A stretch of DNA of 64,000 nt from Gammaproteobacteria bacterium. GTDB taxonomy: Bacteria; Pseudomonadota; Gammaproteobacteria; CAJXQU01. The position numbers were made by a program, and so were the translations under genes. The stretch lies in contig CBDEGZ010000003.1 in the NCBI GenBank assembly GCA_965238175.1, forward strand, positions 2,624,001 through 2,688,000, given 5' to 3'. Shown one piece after another: positions 46,755 to 52,653 of this stretch (positions are counted from its first letter, which is position 1; each line of letters begins with the position of its first letter). The notes below the pieces were generated by a model that searched no databases, was not told where the DNA came from, and was given only the letters and a program-made list of their open reading frames with translations.

Positions 46755-48230
46755 TTACTGTGAAATTAGCCTACATGTCGGCTCCCGTTGCATTACTTCC
46801 ATCGATACCGAGACTTGTTCTTCAATAAACAACACAGACCTTCCACATTCCAAAATCGTCTTAACTTTCTCTATCGCCAGTCTCACAGGAAACCCAAAAC
46901 GTGCGCCACGATGATTCCGTTTCATTCTGGTAAGATCAAGCTTTTTAGCAACAACCTCATCGGAATGATGATAAAACTCATAAAACTTCCCCACCCGAAA
47001 GAACAACACGTCCCCAGGAAAACGCCAGCGAAAATATCCATACTGTTGACTGACTCGCTGAAAGTTCTTTGGTACAGCATATTTTCTGATCAACTTCCAG
47101 CTAACACTATCAAACTCAAAATACTGCTGCAAATAATCAAATCTGTTCCAAATCGATTGCCACAGGTTCCAGCAACTGGCGAGTTTAAAATGTCCCAGAT
47201 ACGACGATAGCATTGCTGATAATTTATCCAGCAAAGTAATATCAAAGCGATAGCGCGTGACACCGCCCCTTTCTTCAACCAGCAAGGATTCATAGTCACA
47301 CAATTGTTCCTTAAGGTGATTCACCACCCGCCGCCTCACCAGCATATAATCCCGTCGCACGATATAACCGAGAAAATCCAGCCCATTCGAAACTGAGGCT
47401 AGCGGCTGTCGTGAGTTGAGTTGTAACTGGCGATGTTCATTCAGATTAACTTCTATCTGACTTTTCCATTCCAGTAGTTGCTCTCGCTCCTTTGCCAGCA
47501 GCACAAAATCATCACAATAACGTAAGTAATACCGGCACTTCAATTGATGCTTAATCAGATGATCCATACCGGTCAGATAGACATTGGCAAAAAACTGGCT
47601 ATTCAAATTACCGATGGGCAATCCTTTATTGTCACCACAACCAAACAGGGTTTTATGTGCGGGTATTCGTCCAGTTAAATCACGTCCCCGAAAAATATGG
47701 TTCTGTGTACAATCATGATAGACCAGTATTTTCGTCAACCATAATGCCGTGTCATCGTTAAGCTTTGCCGACAATAAGCCATAAAGAATATCCTTATCAA
47801 TGGTCATGAAATAATTACGGATATCCAGTTGCAAATAATACGCTGGTTGTATGCCGTTGCAGGTCACTTGTCGAATAAACCGCTGTAGACGTTTCACACC
47901 ACGATGCACTCCTTTGCCTTTTCGACAGGCATAGGAATCATGGATAAATATTGGTTCCCAGATTTTCTCCAGATAATCTACCAGTAAATGATGCACCACA
48001 CGGTCACGAAAATCGGCAGCAAAGATTTCGCGTAACTTAGGTCGAGTTGAAAAAAAGCAGACAGAACGGGTCGGCTGGTAAGTACGATTGATCAATGACT
48101 CTCGCAGGCTCAACAGTTGTTTCTCCTGCTCAGCTTCAAAACGCAATGCATTAATTGTGTTGCGCTTATTTCTGCGACAGGCGTAATACTGCCGATAGAG
48201 ATTTTCAAGCGACAGGTCGAGAGTGATCAT
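46755..48230 (-). CDS. DGR reverse transcriptase with C-terminal MutS domain-I-like fusion
   Basis: KLREIFAADFRDRVVHH, SYACRKGKG, LQLDIRNYF, DGR signature IGNLNSQ, catalytic YCDD (aa 238-241), DFLGY. From about aa 395: QQY..F...FPGDVLFFRVGKFYEF...A..L.L......GFP...GRSV..IEEQ. Confidence 0.93.
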   Translation of the reverse strand: MITLDLSLENLYRQYYACRRNKRNTINALRFEAEQEKQLLSLRESLINRTYQPTRSVCFFSTRPKLREIFAADFRDRVVHHLLVDYLEKIWEPIFIHDSYACRKGKGVHRGVKRLQRFIRQVTCNGIQPAYYLQLDIRNYFMTIDKDILYGLLSAKLNDDTALWLTKILVYHDCTQNHIFRGRDLTGRIPAHKTLFGCGDNKGLPIGNLNSQFFANVYLTGMDHLIKHQLKCRYYLRYCDDFVLLAKEREQLLEWKSQIEVNLNEHRQLQLNSRQPLASVSNGLDFLGYIVRRDYMLVRRRVVNHLKEQLCDYESLLVEERGGVTRYRFDITLLDKLSAMLSSYLGHFKLASCWNLWQSIWNRFDYLQQYFEFDSVSWKLIRKYAVPKNFQRVSQQYGYFRWRFPGDVLFFRVGKFYEFYHHSDEVVAKKLDLTRMKRNHRGARFGFPVRLAIEKVKTILECGRSVLFIEEQVSVSMEVMQREPTCRLISQ

Positions 48231-48233
48231 TCT

Positions 48234-48363
48234 CCGGGGCGAACGGCAAGGGCAAACAAATTATTAGTCTTATTGTTGTTGTTCTGGTTGCCGTTATTGA
48301 AGTTAAAGTTCAGCGCATTAGAGGAATTCAACTCCACGCCTGACCAGTAGTTATTCGACTGGA
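48234..48363 (-). repeat. DGR template repeat (TR)
   Basis: 115/130 identical to 49270-49399. Has 38 adenines on the coding strand, 30 of them in 15 AAY codons. The 3' 27 nt are adenine-free and GC-rich. Confidence 0.95.
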
Positions 48364-48583
48364 CAATTACCTGCCCTCTTTCCGATAGTATCCTGAGGAT
48401 AAACTCACAAAACGGATACCACCCCACCGGCAAGAAATCTTTGTAATAAAGTAGCCTTGCCTGAATTAACATGCCAGAGAAACTATTCTCAGGCGGGACA
48501 GGCGCACAATGATACACGTTGGTACGCTTACCTGAACTGTCCATACAAACAGGACAAATTAACAGATAATTCTGACTCTCTCA

Positions 48584-48955
48584 TCAAACTACACCTTTTT
48601 CATTTTTTCGTACTCGACTGCTCCTTATCCAGCCCTCGTTCTGTCTGCAAACTGACACCACCTGTTCGATGGCAAATTGAAATGATTTAAAACTTTTGAA
48701 GGCCTTTGCCTCTTTCGCTATACGCACGAGTATCAATAATTCATCGAGCTGTTCGCGCAAGACCAGAAGATGAGGGCGCTTATCCCTGGCGGCATTGGCT
48801 TTCATAATCAGGGAAACCACTACACGGCTTTTGTTGCGTAGTTCTGTGCCGAGCGTGTATTTGTGATAACGGGAGAAGCCCGAAACCACTTTTTCGAAAT
48901 AAACGGCCACATCCATCGCTTGTTTGTAAATCGGAAGATGTTCGTATCTTGCCAT
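48584..48955 (-). CDS. avd: DGR accessory variability determinant (Avd-like four-helix bundle)
   Basis: 123 aa, basic. LPIYK.A.D, F.R.HKYTLG.ELR and C-terminal RQNEGW. Lies between the target and TR. Confidence 0.88.
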   Translation of the reverse strand: MARYEHLPIYKQAMDVAVYFEKVVSGFSRYHKYTLGTELRNKSRVVVSLIMKANAARDKRPHLLVLREQLDELLILVRIAKEAKAFKSFKSFQFAIEQVVSVCRQNEGWIRSSRVRKNEKGVV

Positions 48956-48981
48956 GAGTAAAATTCCTTTTTCTGTAGCGC

Positions 48982-49103
48982 TTGTAGGTCGGATTACAAC
49001 TGCATATATGCCGGAGGTAAGTAGCGCAGGAGCAGTTACCGAGCGCAGCGTAATCCGACAAATAATAAATGCTGGATTATGCTATCGCTAATCCAACCTA
49101 CAA
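48982..49103. repeat. REP-like (GTAG-type) palindromic element
   Basis: Terminal inverted repeats TTGTAGGTCGGATTA / TAATCCAACCTACAA (14/15). Internal GTCGGATTAC/GTAATCCGAC and GGATTA..TAATCC palindromes. Confidence 0.65.
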
Positions 49104-49178
49104 ATTCAAAACCGCAGGGGGCGTCCCCTACCCCCCTAAAGGGTCAAATCATACAAATGACCGAATGACCAAATTACG

Positions 49179-49958
49179 TTACCGCCGTTTCCTTCTAAAC
49201 CCTGCCAACCCAAACAATGCGGAACCCATCAGCCATACAGCCGCTGGAACTGGGACGGCGGCAACATCGCCGGGGCGAACGGCATGGGCAAACAAATTAA
49301 AAGTCTTATTGCGGTTGCGCTGGTCGCCGTTAGTGAAGCTAAAGAGCAGCGCATTAGAGGAACCCAACTCCACGCCTGACCAGTAGTTATGCGACTGGAG
49401 GTTGGTGAATTGGCCTACGTTGTTGAGTCCAGCGCCTGTTTGTGCGACACAGCCGGTTGGGGCGCTGTTGTTGGGTGTGCAAAAGCCCAGGTTGCCCAGC
49501 GTTGCGTAGTATAAATGACCCATTTCTGAGACTGGGGTGTTACTACTGTTCTGCCAGCCGATGCCAGTGGCGCCTGTACCAATGTCGCTGGTGCCGTTGT
49601 TGGTGAAGCCGGTCTGGAAGCTTGTACCATTGATGGGACTTAGGCTTGGCAGGCGCCAGTCGTTGAAGCCGAGGTGGTTGGCGCTGTTCATGCCCGCTAT
49701 CCACAGGTTGGCGTTGTCCCAGGTCATGCGACCGGTGCTGCCAACAGTGTTGGCGGTGTCGTCAGCTTCATTGGTGCTGAGTGTCAGGCCAAACTGGTTG
49801 GTCAGTGCCAAGTTGGCATTGGAGAGCCAGGTGATGTCCAGTACATCATCATAGAGGGCATCGCCGCCCAATCTTGAGATTAAGGTGGCGTGGGCGGTGC
49901 TGCTTAAGCAAATGAGTAGTGTTATTACGCTGAAAGACTTAATACTGATGAGTTTCAT
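49179..49958 (-). CDS. DGR target: secreted DUF1566/C-type-lectin-fold-like protein with PEP-CTERM-type (VPxPAA) sorting tail
   Basis: Sec signal ending AHA. Motifs YDDVLDITWL, MTWDNA, GFNDWRLPS, SEMGHLYY and YWSG. VR encodes QSHNYWS...FAHAVRPG. C-terminal VPVPAAVWLMGSALFGLAGFRRKRR. Confidence 0.9.
   Translation of the reverse strand: MKLISIKSFSVITLLICLSSTAHATLISRLGGDALYDDVLDITWLSNANLALTNQFGLTLSTNEADDTANTVGSTGRMTWDNANLWIAGMNSANHLGFNDWRLPSLSPINGTSFQTGFTNNGTSDIGTGATGIGWQNSSNTPVSEMGHLYYATLGNLGFCTPNNSAPTGCVAQTGAGLNNVGQFTNLQSHNYWSGVELGSSNALLFSFTNGDQRNRNKTFNLFAHAVRPGDVAAVPVPAAVWLMGSALFGLAGFRRKRR
49270..49399 (-). repeat. DGR variable repeat (VR)
   Basis: Differs from TR at 15 positions, 14 opposite TR adenines. 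Nine TR Asn codons become H, G, L, S, T, D, R, R, F. Confidence 0.95.
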
Positions 49959-50017
49959 ATTGTTCCATCTCCTTTTTTATGTTTCGTTTTTGTCGTTGAT
50001 CCTTCTATACGGCAGAA

Positions 50018-50085
50018 AGCAAGTATTGCGCCCGAGTATTGCTTCCTTACTTTTCAATGGCTTAGCGCATATCGATAGTTTTACA
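50018..50085 (-). promoter_or_regulatory. Putative sigma-54 promoter with IHF-like site and TTTACA box upstream of the DGR target
   Basis: Minus strand GGGCGCAATACTTGCT (GG-N10-GC, 50018-50033). Plus strand TTTCAATGGCTTA (50052-50064, 1 mismatch to IHF WATCAANNNNTTR) and TATCGATAGTTTTACA (50070-50085). Confidence 0.6.
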
Positions 50086-50216
50086 AAGGCTCATTAAGTC
50101 AAATTGTGTTGCCTGTGGGCGACAAATAGGCGTAAGTTGCGCCTGGATAAAGTGAATCAATTTGGGAAATTTTAATTCGAAGAGTCGTGTTTTGCAATCA
50201 AGGGCAGACATTCAAG

Positions 50217-50732
50217 CTAGTAATGAATCAAAGAGTGGATCCGATAACCGGATAACTTTTCTCGCCCCTTAAGTTCGTCAAGCTCAACAATAAATGCGCA
50301 GGCCACCACTTCCGCACCTAACTTTTCGATCAATTTACAACTCGCAGCAGCCGTTCCTCCGGTTGCAATTAAATCATCAATAATTAATACGCGATCTTTC
50401 TCTGTTAATGCATCAATATGTACTTCTAGTGAGTTAGCTCCATACTCAAGATCATATGATGCAGTTACAACATCAAAGGGTAATTTTCCAGGTTTACGCA
50501 ATGGTACAAAACCAACACCTAGTTCCCATGCAACTAAGCTTCCAAAAATAAAACCTCGAGCCTCCATTCCTGCGACAGCTGTAATTTCCTCGCCTAAGAA
50601 AGGTTGTATCATCTGATAAACAGCTAATTTCATCGTTGCAGGATCTTTTACAAGTGGCATAACATCTTTAAATTGAATTCCTGACTCGGGAAAGTCAGAA
50701 ATATTTCTTATTTTATCTTTTAGCTGTTGCAC
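50217..50732 (-). CDS. apt: Adenine phosphoribosyltransferase
   Basis: DFP..GI.FKD, EARGFIFG, RKPGKLP, Y.LEYG, VLIIDDLIATGGT. Confidence 0.95.
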   Translation of the reverse strand: MQQLKDKIRNISDFPESGIQFKDVMPLVKDPATMKLAVYQMIQPFLGEEITAVAGMEARGFIFGSLVAWELGVGFVPLRKPGKLPFDVVTASYDLEYGANSLEVHIDALTEKDRVLIIDDLIATGGTAAASCKLIEKLGAEVVACAFIVELDELKGREKLSGYRIHSLIHY

Positions 50733-50843
50733 AACATTTCCTTTTTAATTCAGAAACTTACTCAATAATAACATACCAAACTATTGACAAACATCACAAT
50801 TTTATAGAAGGTTACACTAAAATTATTTCAGGGTGGGTAAAAC

Positions 50844-51407
50844 ATGTTTAAAGTATTAATTGCAGCTATTCTTGGTGGAGCTATATCCTTTGCATGGACA
50901 AGTGCTTCCTGGATGTTCTTACCATGGCACCAACAAACAATTAAACATTTTGATAACGAACAAGCTGTAGCAAAAACACTGAAAGCTCAAGTCGAAGAAG
51001 ATGGAATTTATCTTATACCTAAAATTGATCAAAATTCAGCAAAGCCAATGGAGGCAACAGCAAGTACGGATACATTTGCCTTTATTTCTCTTAGATCAAA
51101 TGGTACAGGCATGAGTATGCAAGAGTCTATGAAATTTTCTTTTTTCAATAGCATTTTTATCAGTATCCTCATCGTAATACTTCTATCATGCACTTCTGAT
51201 CTAGGTTATATGGCTAGAGTATTTTTTGTTATGATGGTTGGTTTAATAGGAGCTTTATCAGGCCATGTTCCCAACTGGATCTGGTGGGGGTTTGCTACCA
51301 ACTATACTATTGTAATGATGGTCGATATCGTTATCGGTTGGTTTCTTGCCGGCTTAGTTATCGCTGCATTTGTCGGACGTGAACCTGAGTTTGAACTTAA
51401 CGAGTAG
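50844..51407 (+). CDS. Hypothetical membrane protein (about 4 TM)
   Basis: 187-aa ORF with hydrophobic helices (W..ASWMFLPWH; PNWIWWGF). No function recognised. Confidence 0.7.
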   Translation: MFKVLIAAILGGAISFAWTSASWMFLPWHQQTIKHFDNEQAVAKTLKAQVEEDGIYLIPKIDQNSAKPMEATASTDTFAFISLRSNGTGMSMQESMKFSFFNSIFISILIVILLSCTSDLGYMARVFFVMMVGLIGALSGHVPNWIWWGFATNYTIVMMVDIVIGWFLAGLVIAAFVGREPEFELNE

Positions 51408-51417
51408 CCATTTAAGT

Positions 51418-52329
51418 TTATGCTGTCCACTCATCCCAATAAGGTATTGGCTGGAAACGTTGGATCAAAAATTCCACAAACATTCGAACCTTGGCAGAAA
51501 GGTGTCTACGGTGTAAATACATAACATGGATGGGTCGTTGTGCGGGTTCGTATTTTTCCAAAATAACTTTCAACCGACCTAGTTTTATATCCTGACCAAC
51601 CATGTAAGTTGGCTCCTGAATAACACCCAAACCTTTTATACCACCTACTCTGAGTGTGTCGCCGACATTTGATTTCATACAACCTGATACTTTAACCGAA
51701 AAATCTTCGCCATCTCGTCGAAACTGCCATTCATTCGAAGGAAACCTTGGTGTGAAAAGCAAACATTTATGCTCTGCTAATTCCTCCGGGGTTTTAGGAA
51801 TGCCGTGCTCAGCTAGATAGTCTGGAGATGCACAAACAACCATTCTTGCAGAAGCAATTTGACGCGCAATTAAGCTAGAATCGCTTAATTCACCAACTCT
51901 AATAGAAAGATCTAATCCTTCTTCTACAAGATCAGCTTCACGATCCGTTAATATTAATTCAACACTAATATCGGGAAATTCCTCCATAAAATCAGCAGCG
52001 GCTCTTGAGAGATGGAAAGCACCAAATGATGTAGGTGCCATCATTTTAAGCATCCCAGTTGGCTCGGTGTTAAGGTGAGAAACAGAGAGTTCAGTTTCTT
52101 CTATCTCCGCTAAAATAACACTAACCCTCTCCCGATAAGCTGAACCAACTTCTGTCAAACTAATTTTCCTGGTGGTGCGGTTGAAAAGACGGACTCCCAA
52201 TGTGTTTTCTAAAGCAGTGATATGTTTTGAAGCCATTGCCTTAGAGATACCAAGATCTGATGCTGCGGCCGAAAAACTTCCAAGTTTTGCAACGCGAGCG
52301 AACACTTTCATACTAACTAATTTATCCAT
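51418..52329 (-). CDS. LysR-family regulator (CrgA/DmlR-like)
   Basis: F.RVA..GSFSAAA..L, LE..LGVRLFNRTTR..SLTE.G, DLVEEGLDL.IR, LSAKVRMFVEFL. Confidence 0.92.
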   Translation of the reverse strand: MDKLVSMKVFARVAKLGSFSAAASDLGISKAMASKHITALENTLGVRLFNRTTRKISLTEVGSAYRERVSVILAEIEETELSVSHLNTEPTGMLKMMAPTSFGAFHLSRAAADFMEEFPDISVELILTDREADLVEEGLDLSIRVGELSDSSLIARQIASARMVVCASPDYLAEHGIPKTPEELAEHKCLLFTPRFPSNEWQFRRDGEDFSVKVSGCMKSNVGDTLRVGGIKGLGVIQEPTYMVGQDIKLGRLKVILEKYEPAQRPIHVMYLHRRHLSAKVRMFVEFLIQRFQPIPYWDEWTA

Positions 52330-52616
52330 AGCATCAATATTTTCTTATTTTGAAACAATATATTAACTAACTGCTGTATTGAAATGCAAATAGAATAACA
52401 ATATTATCTAAGTAAGTAGATAACTCCTGAATAATTTACTAGGTTTCTATTGAATCTATTGAAATAACTAATGAAAGAAATCGAAAACATCACTGTCATG
52501 ATGCTAAGTGAAGAAATTTATAAACAGGTTTTCCTAACCAGCAATTCAAATCATGGCCTCCCCTAGTGTAATTGCTGATTTTTGTACACAACGAAAGTTA
52601 TGTACTTTTTTATTCC

Positions 52617-52643
52617 AGCCTGCTGGTATTCTATCAGCAGGCT
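52617..52643 (-). terminator. Hairpin immediately after ppc
   Basis: AGCCTGCTGGTA-TTC-TATCAGCAGGCT. Confidence 0.55.
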
Positions 52644-52653
52644 TTCTTAATTA

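Larger units (their letters stand above)
46755..49958 (-). mobile_element. Diversity-generating retroelement (target - avd - TR - RT)
   Basis: DGR-type RT, Avd, and a 130-bp TR/VR repeat pair with adenine-specific mismatches. All co-oriented, in the same order as the Bordetella BPP-1 DGR. Confidence 0.96.

Noticed and set aside
46755-48230. RT as a group II intron, retron or CRISPR-associated RT
   Set aside because: It has the DGR GxxxSQ signature, an adjacent Avd and an adenine-specific TR/VR pair. No intron domain V/VI, msr-msd or cas genes were seen.
48227-48544. 105-aa ORF as a bona fide protein-coding gene
   Set aside because: Its Asn-rich C-terminus is just the translated TR and the N-terminal part resembles nothing I recognise. 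Kept only as a possible coupling ORF in the findings.
46748-50222. CTAGTA at both DGR flanks as a target-site duplication
   Set aside because: Only 6 bp, one copy overlaps the apt stop codon, and such a match is expected by chance.
51418-52329. LysR as the serine-cycle regulator QscR
   Set aside because: The sequence looks CrgA/DmlR-like rather than CbbR/QscR-like. Adjacency alone is insufficient.
52471-52566. 31-codon ORF divergent from the LysR gene
   Set aside because: No clear RBS or recognisable motif, so it cannot be supported from sequence alone.
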